Source of the DNA: an uncultured bacterium
Lineage (GTDB): Bacteria; Bacteroidota; Bacteroidia; Chitinophagales; Chitinophagaceae
DNA length: 64,000 nucleotides
NCBI GenBank assembly: GCA_903921675.1
Contig: CAIXQW010000256.1
Span: 12,958-76,957, forward strand
Direction of reading: 5' to 3'
Positions 45,269 through 54,011 of this stretch are shown piece after piece (position 1 is the first letter of the stretch; every line of letters begins with the position of its first letter). The notes under the pieces are model-generated. The model worked only from the letters and a program-made list of their open reading frames with translations. It had not been told where the DNA came from and did no database searches. Position numbers and translations under genes: made by a program.

Positions 45269-45850
45269 TTATTTCTGTTTTACTATCTCCATAAACTCAG
45301 GATATACTCTGCCTAAAACTTTTTGTGTAGCAAACTCTTCATCTACTGCATTGCCACAATACATTTTACGAATGATGCCTTTTTTATCTACCAACATCTT
45401 GGTAGGATAGCCAGACTCTGCTTTTAACTTATCGCATTCTGCTCTGCTTAGTTGTACTATTCTATATTTGGCATCACTATTATTACGCATTTGGGCAATT
45501 ACACTATCGTTTTCGTATGTAAAAACCACCACTTCTATTTTTGTACTATCTTTTAATTTTGCATACAATCTATTCATAGCTTTCATTTCGGCAATGCAGC
45601 CTGCGTAGCTAGCATTTGTAAAATTAATAAATACAAACTTACCTTTTAACTGTTCATTACTAAAAAGAGTATCTGCACTTTTGCCACTAAATGTGGCTAA
45701 TGGTTTACCAATAAGTTTAGTTTCTCTACTATCATTTAATGCTTTTATTTTATTAATAATAGAATCGGCTGGTTTGTTAATCGTTTTGTTTTGACCAAAT
45801 GCGTTGCTGATGCTAAACAATACGATACTTAATAAAATAATTTGTTTCAT
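45269..45850 (-). CDS. secreted TlpA/thioredoxin-fold protein with a degenerate active site (SYAGC instead of WCxxC)
   Basis: Signal peptide ...SNAFGQ. KFVFINFTNASYAGCIAEMKAMNRL aligns to the FWASWCGPCxxEMP region of TlpA/ResA but keeps only the second Cys. Confidence 0.65.
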   Translation of the reverse strand: MKQIILLSIVLFSISNAFGQNKTINKPADSIINKIKALNDSRETKLIGKPLATFSGKSADTLFSNEQLKGKFVFINFTNASYAGCIAEMKAMNRLYAKLKDSTKIEVVVFTYENDSVIAQMRNNSDAKYRIVQLSRAECDKLKAESGYPTKMLVDKKGIIRKMYCGNAVDEEFATQKVLGRVYPEFMEIVKQK

Positions 45851-45870
45851 AAAAACTGAATATATTAATT

Positions 45871-45878
45871 CAAAGATA
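45871..45878 (-). promoter_or_regulatory. candidate -7 box TATCTTTG for the TlpA-like gene
   Basis: The plus strand reads caaagata, 20 nt upstream of the ATG at 45850. It lies inside the 55-nt gap after the upstream operon. Confidence 0.4.
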
Positions 45879-45905
45879 ATTGGGAATTGTAAATAATGAA
45901 ATGTG

Positions 45906-46850
45906 CTATCGATAATCTTTTGTTATAACAATCTTTCCGTTTTCATCAAACTGAAAAAAAGTTATAATGGGTAATGTTTTTGTTTGTTGTTTTTTGATAC
46001 TAAAATATTGGTATATTCCTTTTAGCACATACATTTTATCGCCTACTTTTTCAATCACTGTATTAAAATTTTTCGTGTCGCTGCTTTTTTGCCAAATATC
46101 ATTGTATCTAGTTTCTAGCTCTTCGCGGGTAGGATAACTGATATCCCAATACTGCTCCATGCTTGGTGAAAAATAAGAATAGATTGCATCAAAATTTTGC
46201 GATTCTTCTGCAGCTATTAGGTCATGAATATTTTGTATGTTTTGCCTATCAGCATCCGAGTAATTTTCTTCGGCATTATTCATTTGAAAAATAGAATCTG
46301 CTATTCGCTTTTCTTCGTTTGCCCTACGAATGTTATCTAAATTTGTAATGGCTTGCTCTGATTGTGGATCGGCAATACTTGGTGTGTTTGTAATTTCTGT
46401 AGGAGATGTGCTTGCATCTTCTGATAACTGAGCATTTCTATTAGATTGCATCCACCAAACGCCAAACCCAATCAAACCACCTATTAATAGCACACCCAAC
46501 AAAATAGCAATTGTATTGCTAGATTTTTTTTGCGGCACATAAGGCCTGGCTTGTTGTGTTTGATGCGGCTGCACTTGATGCGGCGAGTATGAAGCAGGCT
46601 GTGCAACAGGTGGCGGAGGTGTTGGTATTGGCGACACGGTGGCTCTGATAGCAGCTTCATACATTTGCTCGTAATTATTGCTATCAACACTGTTTAAATT
46701 CCAACTTGCATACAAATTTTGTAATTGTAGTTGAATATCTTGATCGGATAATGCACTCCATTTTTGTAGCAACTCTTGTGGTGCATTGCTGCCATTGCGT
46801 TGCAAATACAAATAATTAATGTAGCCGCGAATATTTAATTTATTAATCAT
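45906..46850 (-). CDS. bitopic membrane protein B: conserved cytoplasmic N-module, P/Q-rich linker, one TM helix, periplasmic C-domain
   Basis: 314 aa with no signal peptide. The N-terminus NIRGYINYLYLQRNGSNAPQELLQKWSALSDQDIQLQLQNLYASW is paralogous to the N-terminus of the 46867-48075 product. The helix is KK-SSNTIAILLGVLLIGGLIGFGVWW. Confidence 0.6.
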   Translation of the reverse strand: MINKLNIRGYINYLYLQRNGSNAPQELLQKWSALSDQDIQLQLQNLYASWNLNSVDSNNYEQMYEAAIRATVSPIPTPPPPVAQPASYSPHQVQPHQTQQARPYVPQKKSSNTIAILLGVLLIGGLIGFGVWWMQSNRNAQLSEDASTSPTEITNTPSIADPQSEQAITNLDNIRRANEEKRIADSIFQMNNAEENYSDADRQNIQNIHDLIAAEESQNFDAIYSYFSPSMEQYWDISYPTREELETRYNDIWQKSSDTKNFNTVIEKVGDKMYVLKGIYQYFSIKKQQTKTLPIITFFQFDENGKIVITKDYR

Positions 46851-46866
46851 GCCTTATGAAAAAAAT

Positions 46867-48075
46867 TTATAAATTTAAGTTTGAAATATCTGGTAATTTA
46901 CTTTTAATCGTATCTATTAAATCTTCTAAAAAATTATGAGGAATAGCTGGTTGCTTAAAATACATCACTCTGTTTTGTGTGTCTAGCACGCTGTATAGAT
47001 TCATACTTTTACCATTGCAATCATATATACCATACACCTTTTCTTTCGGAAAATATTTAAAAAATAAATCCCCAGTTAAACAATCAGCATCACTTTCTGG
47101 ATTTTCTACTATTCCAATTTTCTTAGGTTTTGCAAAAGAATTTTCTGCAAGATCGCCAAAAAAACGATAATAATAACCATCTGAAAGTCTTGCTATTACT
47201 GCAAAGCGTGTATTAGTAATTATTTCTTGTTTCAAAATACTTGTCAATTTTTTGCGAACATCTTTGCTAGCGCTAGAGCAGGCATTCATGATATATTTGC
47301 CTTGCAAATTATCATCATAACCCAAACTGCCAATGATTACTTTTCTGAAACGCAGCTCTAACTGATTTGCTTCTTCTGCATGTAATTGTCCAAACACAGA
47401 TTTGTATTGTTCAAACTCTTGCTTACTATCAGTTATAAAATTGGCATTTACAAAAGCAATATTTTCATTACTCTTCAATATAAATTGAACGAAATTACCA
47501 GCACCTATCATCACCTTTCTGTGTTTTTTAGGTTTGCCAGTGTTGTCAATTGTTCTTTCGTAAATATTATCATCTACAGCTTTTAATGTTTCAAAGCTTG
47601 GCACATCCATTTTTGTAGGAGGCTGCAAATCCATTCTGCCAATTACTACATTACTATCATTGCGCACACTTAAATTATTGGTGATGGCATATACATTTTT
47701 TAAATTATTAAATAAATAAAATTGATACACAACATAAGCCAATGGAATAAATAAGGCTAGAAAAATTAAACCTGTATAGCTTTTCTTAGGGCTTGGTGGC
47801 ACAATAGGATTTGGCGAAGATGGATAAACCGATTGCGTATTCTTTGGTGATGGAGGTATTACGCCACTTTTATTTTGCAATAAAAATTGCTGAATAGTTT
47901 GCTCTTGCTGTTGGGTAGTATATTGCCAATGCGTAAATAAATTTTGTAATTGAACAGCAATCTCAGCTTCTGGCACCGCTGCCCATTTATCTAACAATGC
48001 TTGCGGCGCTGCTGTTTTATTTTTTTGAAAAAATAAATAACTGATAAACGATATAATATTATTTTTGGTAATCAT
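46867..48075 (-). CDS. bitopic membrane protein A: conserved cytoplasmic N-module, Pro-rich linker, one TM helix, ~290-aa periplasmic domain
   Basis: 402 aa. The N-terminus is NIISFISYLFFQKNKTAAPQALLDKWAAVPEAEIAVQLQNLFTHW and the helix is KK-SYTGLIFLALFIPLAYVVYQFYLF. Its start overlaps the upstream stop as ATGA. Confidence 0.6.
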   Translation of the reverse strand: MITKNNIISFISYLFFQKNKTAAPQALLDKWAAVPEAEIAVQLQNLFTHWQYTTQQQEQTIQQFLLQNKSGVIPPSPKNTQSVYPSSPNPIVPPSPKKSYTGLIFLALFIPLAYVVYQFYLFNNLKNVYAITNNLSVRNDSNVVIGRMDLQPPTKMDVPSFETLKAVDDNIYERTIDNTGKPKKHRKVMIGAGNFVQFILKSNENIAFVNANFITDSKQEFEQYKSVFGQLHAEEANQLELRFRKVIIGSLGYDDNLQGKYIMNACSSASKDVRKKLTSILKQEIITNTRFAVIARLSDGYYYRFFGDLAENSFAKPKKIGIVENPESDADCLTGDLFFKYFPKEKVYGIYDCNGKSMNLYSVLDTQNRVMYFKQPAIPHNFLEDLIDTIKSKLPDISNLNL

Positions 48076-48530
48076 ATTATTTTCTTGGCATTTTCTGTTT
48101 TATCTAACAGTTTTATTAATACATCATTTGGTACAGTTACCGCACCGTTTTTAATTACAAATTGTGCTTGTAAACTTTTATTCGTTTCGTTGTATTGAAT
48201 CAAAAAACCATCTTTGGCTAGATTACATTTTAATAATGCATCATTGCCATTGAAAAAATCTTTTGTTACTTGATTGGCTTGCGTCATGCTTATATTTAAT
48301 TGACTGCTTGTTTTTGCAATAGTTGCCAAAGGTCCATAGGCTTTATTTACCAGCATTACAAATGTATCTACTTTCATTTGGTTGGCATTGTCTTTTTCAA
48401 AACGGTTTTGCTCTACTTTTTCCACATTGCTACTCGCAACACTTTTATTGGTACAAAAAATAAAATAACTAGCTGCTGCAATCACAGCAGCAATTCCAAA
48501 ATAAATAAAGGACGAAATATTTTTTTTCAT
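48072..48530 (-). CDS. N-terminally anchored small periplasmic protein
   Basis: 152 aa. MKKNISSFIYFGIAAVIAAASYFIF is the anchor. Its ATG directly abuts the stop of the 1824-aa gene. Confidence 0.55.
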   Translation of the reverse strand: MKKNISSFIYFGIAAVIAAASYFIFCTNKSVASSNVEKVEQNRFEKDNANQMKVDTFVMLVNKAYGPLATIAKTSSQLNISMTQANQVTKDFFNGNDALLKCNLAKDGFLIQYNETNKSLQAQFVIKNGAVTVPNDVLIKLLDKTENAKKII

Positions 48531-51500
48531 TTATGGTTGATTAAAATAATTAATAAATGAGGCTTGCAAAAACCCTTGATGAATAATTGTACGCAACATG
48601 CCCCAATCAAAGTCTTGTGTATTATCTGTTACAAAATAATACGAAAATACTTTTGTGCCTTGCCCAATATTTTCTGGCTTGGTTAAATCTTTATTAGTAA
48701 TGCTTACTATCAATCTGCGCGAATTACTTGTTTGGCTGCCACCTTCATTAATTGTGCCAGTTTTTGCATAAAAATAATAGCCTGTATGCTGTGCTTTTAA
48801 TGGCGCTAATTGGGTAGCGGTTCCAGCTGTAATTACATCTGCCATGCCTTTAAAAATATTGTTGGCCAAAAATTCGTTGTATTGGGCTCTTGTCCATGTG
48901 CTATCTAGCATCCAAGCAGTGTACTTGTTTTTCTTTGGTAGAATATGTAATTCGTAATTTTTATTTTGTGTCATTAATCCATTATACATCTCTAGCATTT
49001 TGTATGCGGACAGTTGATAAGGATAACCACCAAGTGTAGCAGTTTTTAAACCTAAATTAAAATTTTCGTTGATTTCATTTTTCTTTTTACTACTGATGTA
49101 ATGTCTATTTTTTTGCGGGAAAGCACTCTCTTCTGGAAAACTCCAAATAAAACTACTACTCTTGTTCTTATTTAGTGTAGCATAAATAGTACTGTCAGTA
49201 AAATTAGTTCTACTACTACTTAGCACACTCATATCGTTTTTGTCTTTGTCCTTGCAAGCCAATCCAGCATTTACTTCCAGCCCATTTACCAATACACTAT
49301 TTTCGTTTGCAAAATAAGATTGACCGCTTTTACTTTTATCGCTGCTTGGCCAATTGCCTTTTCCCTTTGCGTAATTAGGCAATGCATATTGCACACCATC
49401 TACAATTACTCTTGGAAATAAATTATTAGCACCGTACTTTGTAGTCAATATATTTTTAACATCTGCATGATGCATACTATCCATAAAATCTGCTTTAGGA
49501 TAGCTGCCTAAAAATAACATTACAGATTGATAATAATTACTAGATTTTCTGATATAATCACTCATGCCTTGCCCATCGTAAGAATCAGCATCTGGCTCCC
49601 AAGGTTTTGCCAATTTTAAACCTGCATAATAATTTTGTTCGCCAAGATTAGTGTAGCTCAATTTCATTTTCTCCCAACCTGCATTTACCTGACTAGCTAT
49701 TACACTAGCCATAAGCGGTTTAATGCTAGAACCTGGTCCAAGATGCATATGAATTAAATTTGCATTTGCCCATTGGTCACGCTCATTGCCAGTATTACTA
49801 AAAAAGAAATGTTTTTGTTGTAAATTATAAATAGCAGTTGCATTGTTAGGGTCTAATTGTTTTCTGTTCTTTACATAGTCATTCATCAATCTAATATTGC
49901 CATCTCCATCCGCTGCTATTACAGTAAATTTCATTTTTCTGCTTTGTCTATTTTTATAAGAATTATGTATTAGTGACTGTGTAGTATTGAACCAATTATA
50001 ATCCAGTGTAATGGCAATATTTTTATTCAATACAGAATCTTGTGTGTATACATTTTTCATCGCATTTGCAAAATGATACATCCAAAAATTATTTTCCTTT
50101 TGCGGATACACTGTTTTGTATTCGCCATTCAGCCATTTATTAGTAGCAAATAATGTAAGATTTTTATTAAACGAAATCTGAAAATGATTAGTACTAGCAT
50201 CTACCATTACTAAATCGTCCGCAGCAATTGTATGCACAAAATTATTAGCCTTTTGCTCCATATTTTTGGTTTGATTTTTGCAAATAGCAATATGTACTGG
50301 TTTGCCAATTTGATTTTGCACATTGATAATACCAATTGGTTCTGTAGCATTTACAAACCATGTTTTTGGCAACAAAGCAAGCTGCACTGCATTTATATTA
50401 TCACTTTTAAAATATGGTAATGCTACTGTAGTATTTATGCTATTACCATAATGTAAATAAGCTGTATTGCTTTCTGAAGGATTGGCTTCTGCAATATTGC
50501 CATTCCACACTTTTATATTTTCAGTAGCAGGCAATTCAAGGTATAAATTTTTATTATACACAGCTTCATATTTTCCTTGGTCATACACAATATACAATGG
50601 GCTGTTAGCACGCAATGCGCTACTCGGATTTTTTTCTAAAGCAGTTAAAATACTTTTGGTGTATATGTCATCTACCTTTTCTGACTTGAAGGTTTTATAC
50701 CTTTCATCAGTTGTTATTTTTTTAATTAAATCTGTGTAGGAATATTTGATGTGCTTGCTTTGCAAACTGTCTTGCAAACTAATAAGCATCTGATTGAAAG
50801 GTCCTTCAATATTTTCTTTGGTTTCGTTTACAATTACATTAAAATTATTATTGTTCAATTCATTAGAGCGCACTGTAGCATAAGCTACTAATACAATTAC
50901 ACCCATTAGTATTAAATATCTACTTAAGCCTAACTGTAAATTCATTTTTTTGGCATTATATGCCACTGGCGATTGTATTAACGTTAAGAAAAATAATAGC
51001 ATTGGCACCAATACACTTACTCTACTTGTTAAACTTAAGAATGGAAAATCTTGCCCAAAAAACACAAAACGATTAGTAGCTGTAAGCCATACAAATAAAC
51101 TAATGGTAAATAAAATAAGTAATGGAATTAATCCTGCATAACTATCTACATCAAAATGCGAAGTATACTCTTCTGCACTATCCAATCGAATTTTGTAACT
51201 CAATAAATAAATAATCATTGGCAATGCAAGCAACACTAATAATAATATCATGGTCATTTGTCCAAGTTCGGAAATAATAAATCTTGCAACAACTACATCA
51301 CGCGTTTGGGTATTGTAGTTTACACCTACCTTGCTAAAAGCACGCAAGTTAATTTGTTTATCATTGTCGTAGGGTTTGGTTATGTAGGTATTGATGAACC
51401 ATTGATTTTCTGCAGTTTCAATAATTTTGCGAGTATTAAAACTATTGTAGGCATTATTAACAAGCAAACTACTAATGGGCTGATGAATGATAGAAGCACG

Positions 51501-54005
51501 AAATTGCACATGTTTAATAGCATCAGTGATTTTTTTATCTGCAACGTTTCTGGTATAAGGAATTAGCAAAATAATAAAATAGATAATAGCTGTTCCTGCA
51601 GAAGCGTAAAATAATTTGCTTTTGTTTTTAAATAAATATAAACATCCTACAACTGCTAAAAGTAATAATAAACCTACCCATAATTTGAATATTAGTAAAT
51701 AATAAAACAGCGATTTAAAACCCAAAATAAATAAATACAATACCAAACCAATTGCACCATAAATCCAATAGTTCCAAGGCTTGGTAAACATTTCTACAAA
51801 TTTGCTATTGCTGCCATCAAATGATTTTTTGAAAAAATTTAGTAATACATTTTTTAGCAATACAAATAATATAAATAAAATGCAAAAGCCTCTATCTGCA
51901 ATGGCAAAAAATAAAATAGTGCTAGCAGTGATAATAAAAGTTGGATTGTAAATAAAATAATAAGCGAATACGCGAATGTACTTTACAACCTTATTTTCTG
52001 GAGCATTGATTGATGGCACGCTGGCCTCAAAATATTGGTTGGCCTTAGCACTAAAAAAATGATAGGATAATAATGGTAAAATTACATCTATAATTCTGCG
52101 CAAAAATTCCACATGAACTATAAAATGCAAAAGCAATAAACCAAGCATTAAGATTACAAATACTTTATTAATATTACTTGGTGTATTTAATTTCCATTTA
52201 TCAGATTTTAAAAGCGTGGTTTCAAAAACTGAAGGCTTGTATTTTTTTAATAAGCGGAATGTAACAAGTGCTGCCACAATGCCTGTAGTAAATAGTAGCG
52301 TTACAGGAAAAGGCAATGCAATGCCAAACAAACTAAAATCGAATCCTATCAATGTATTTTCGAATTCGTATTTAGAAATATTTTCTAAAGGTGGGAAAGT
52401 AGCAATGCGCCAATACATAATAAAGCGCACTATCAGTAGTGCATATACAGCTGTCCAAATAATTGGCTCTATGCGATGCAATTTATTACTGCGTGCAAAA
52501 AATAGCAAGCCACAAAATAATAAAAACAAATAAGTAGCATAACTTATAATTTTATTGTAGCTAAATCCATTATCCGAAAAATCTCTTAATTCAAATAAAT
52601 AATCAACACCAGCATCTTGCGTGCTAAGCCAAAACGATTTATTTATTTTTTTGAAAGATGCACCTTTGTTGACATCTGCATAAGTAGCACTAAGCAAATG
52701 TTGCGGCGTGTGAGAAGTAAATTCCATTTGGCCTTGCACAGCATAATTGCTACGCAGATTAGCATGCGAAAAATAAAACCCTTCTTTTAATGGGTGCGTT
52801 ATTACATCATCATAGTTGGTAGCAATAAAACGAATATGTTTATCGCCATGATGTTGCTGCCCAGGATGCGTCAATAAATAGTTTTGCGGAAAATCAAAAA
52901 CCAAAGCTGTTTTGTTTTCTATCTTATCAAAAAATAATTTTTCGTTGGAATGATTAAACCCAATATGAAATTTTTTGTTGAAGTCTATTGCTGCTTGTGT
53001 AGTAAGATTGGTTGTAGCTTTATTGCCATCTGCCTTTAACGTAAATCCGTTTTCTATACAAGCCTTATCTGGAAATAGTGCATAGGATTTATTTTCTGCT
53101 TCATCATAATTTGCAATCAAATACGTTTCATCCATCTCTGCCAAAATTTGTTCTAGCAAATGTTGCGATTCTGCTTTTTGGCTTTTACAATTTTCTGCTA
53201 CTGCAAATAAATTGTATAGGCTTTTTCCATTGTGCAGTTCTTCATCTTCTATTTCCAAAACATCATTATATGGATTCGGCAAATTTAATTCTGCTAATAA
53301 ATCTGCATCTGCACAATGCAATTGAATCGTATATTTTACATTACGCTTATCATTTCCTTTTAATTTATTCCAAACACTTACATCACTAGTTTGCATATTT
53401 ACATCAATGCTAGTAGTATTGTTTTGCAAACTAAACTGATTGGCAATTTTTGCAGCAAATACATTATTCAATAATTTGTACTTCTTTTCTTTGCCATCAC
53501 TTACTTGCATAAAGATGGGTGTAAATACATTTTGTGTATGTAGGTACACTTTTCCATTTTGTTGCTTGAATTGTATACTACCTTCTGCATGCAAAGAGTC
53601 TGCTTCTGTGTATTGAAAATGCAAATCATTATCAAACCCAATTGCTTTGTTGCTAATGCCGTAATGATCATTATTAAAATACCAAGGCTGGTTGGTACTA
53701 GGATTAATAATTTTTTTTACAGCAATTATCGAAAAAATAAAAACAATTGCAAGCAATGCTAGGCTATACAAATTGGTTCTTTGTTTTGCAAAATTTGCTA
53801 AATGCATCATCGCATTTATATCGCCATTAGGCAATGTACTTGCTTTGGATTGTACTTGCTCTTCTGTAGTTAATTGCAAAATATAAAACACGCAACTACC
53901 TACAATAGCTACTGTAAGCATAGTACTGATGGCATTGCCCAGAAAAAAATTAATTGCTATCAAACCAAGGCTTGCAGCAATTAATCCAATTTTTTTTACA
54001 CTCAT
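48531..54005 (-). CDS. giant polytopic protein: 3 TM helices, ~390-aa ectodomain, SEDS-like multi-TM core, TM anchor, and a class-B-PBP-like ectodomain with a complete transpeptidase motif set
   Basis: 1824 aa. SxxK is GPGSSIKPL (Ser1427, nt 49725-49727), SxN is KSSNYY (1488-1490, nt 49536-49544), and KTG is YAKTGTI (Lys1748, nt 48762-48764). The SEDS-like motifs are TRDVVVARFIISELGQM (nt 51258-51305) and FPFLSLTSRVS. Confidence 0.72.
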   Translation of the reverse strand: MSVKKIGLIAASLGLIAINFFLGNAISTMLTVAIVGSCVFYILQLTTEEQVQSKASTLPNGDINAMMHLANFAKQRTNLYSLALLAIVFIFSIIAVKKIINPSTNQPWYFNNDHYGISNKAIGFDNDLHFQYTEADSLHAEGSIQFKQQNGKVYLHTQNVFTPIFMQVSDGKEKKYKLLNNVFAAKIANQFSLQNNTTSIDVNMQTSDVSVWNKLKGNDKRNVKYTIQLHCADADLLAELNLPNPYNDVLEIEDEELHNGKSLYNLFAVAENCKSQKAESQHLLEQILAEMDETYLIANYDEAENKSYALFPDKACIENGFTLKADGNKATTNLTTQAAIDFNKKFHIGFNHSNEKLFFDKIENKTALVFDFPQNYLLTHPGQQHHGDKHIRFIATNYDDVITHPLKEGFYFSHANLRSNYAVQGQMEFTSHTPQHLLSATYADVNKGASFKKINKSFWLSTQDAGVDYLFELRDFSDNGFSYNKIISYATYLFLLFCGLLFFARSNKLHRIEPIIWTAVYALLIVRFIMYWRIATFPPLENISKYEFENTLIGFDFSLFGIALPFPVTLLFTTGIVAALVTFRLLKKYKPSVFETTLLKSDKWKLNTPSNINKVFVILMLGLLLLHFIVHVEFLRRIIDVILPLLSYHFFSAKANQYFEASVPSINAPENKVVKYIRVFAYYFIYNPTFIITASTILFFAIADRGFCILFILFVLLKNVLLNFFKKSFDGSNSKFVEMFTKPWNYWIYGAIGLVLYLFILGFKSLFYYLLIFKLWVGLLLLLAVVGCLYLFKNKSKLFYASAGTAIIYFIILLIPYTRNVADKKITDAIKHVQFRASIIHQPISSLLVNNAYNSFNTRKIIETAENQWFINTYITKPYDNDKQINLRAFSKVGVNYNTQTRDVVVARFIISELGQMTMILLLVLLALPMIIYLLSYKIRLDSAEEYTSHFDVDSYAGLIPLLILFTISLFVWLTATNRFVFFGQDFPFLSLTSRVSVLVPMLLFFLTLIQSPVAYNAKKMNLQLGLSRYLILMGVIVLVAYATVRSNELNNNNFNVIVNETKENIEGPFNQMLISLQDSLQSKHIKYSYTDLIKKITTDERYKTFKSEKVDDIYTKSILTALEKNPSSALRANSPLYIVYDQGKYEAVYNKNLYLELPATENIKVWNGNIAEANPSESNTAYLHYGNSINTTVALPYFKSDNINAVQLALLPKTWFVNATEPIGIINVQNQIGKPVHIAICKNQTKNMEQKANNFVHTIAADDLVMVDASTNHFQISFNKNLTLFATNKWLNGEYKTVYPQKENNFWMYHFANAMKNVYTQDSVLNKNIAITLDYNWFNTTQSLIHNSYKNRQSRKMKFTVIAADGDGNIRLMNDYVKNRKQLDPNNATAIYNLQQKHFFFSNTGNERDQWANANLIHMHLGPGSSIKPLMASVIASQVNAGWEKMKLSYTNLGEQNYYAGLKLAKPWEPDADSYDGQGMSDYIRKSSNYYQSVMLFLGSYPKADFMDSMHHADVKNILTTKYGANNLFPRVIVDGVQYALPNYAKGKGNWPSSDKSKSGQSYFANENSVLVNGLEVNAGLACKDKDKNDMSVLSSSRTNFTDSTIYATLNKNKSSSFIWSFPEESAFPQKNRHYISSKKKNEINENFNLGLKTATLGGYPYQLSAYKMLEMYNGLMTQNKNYELHILPKKNKYTAWMLDSTWTRAQYNEFLANNIFKGMADVITAGTATQLAPLKAQHTGYYFYAKTGTINEGGSQTSNSRRLIVSITNKDLTKPENIGQGTKVFSYYFVTDNTQDFDWGMLRTIIHQGFLQASFINYFNQP

Positions 54006-54011
54006 ATTGGC

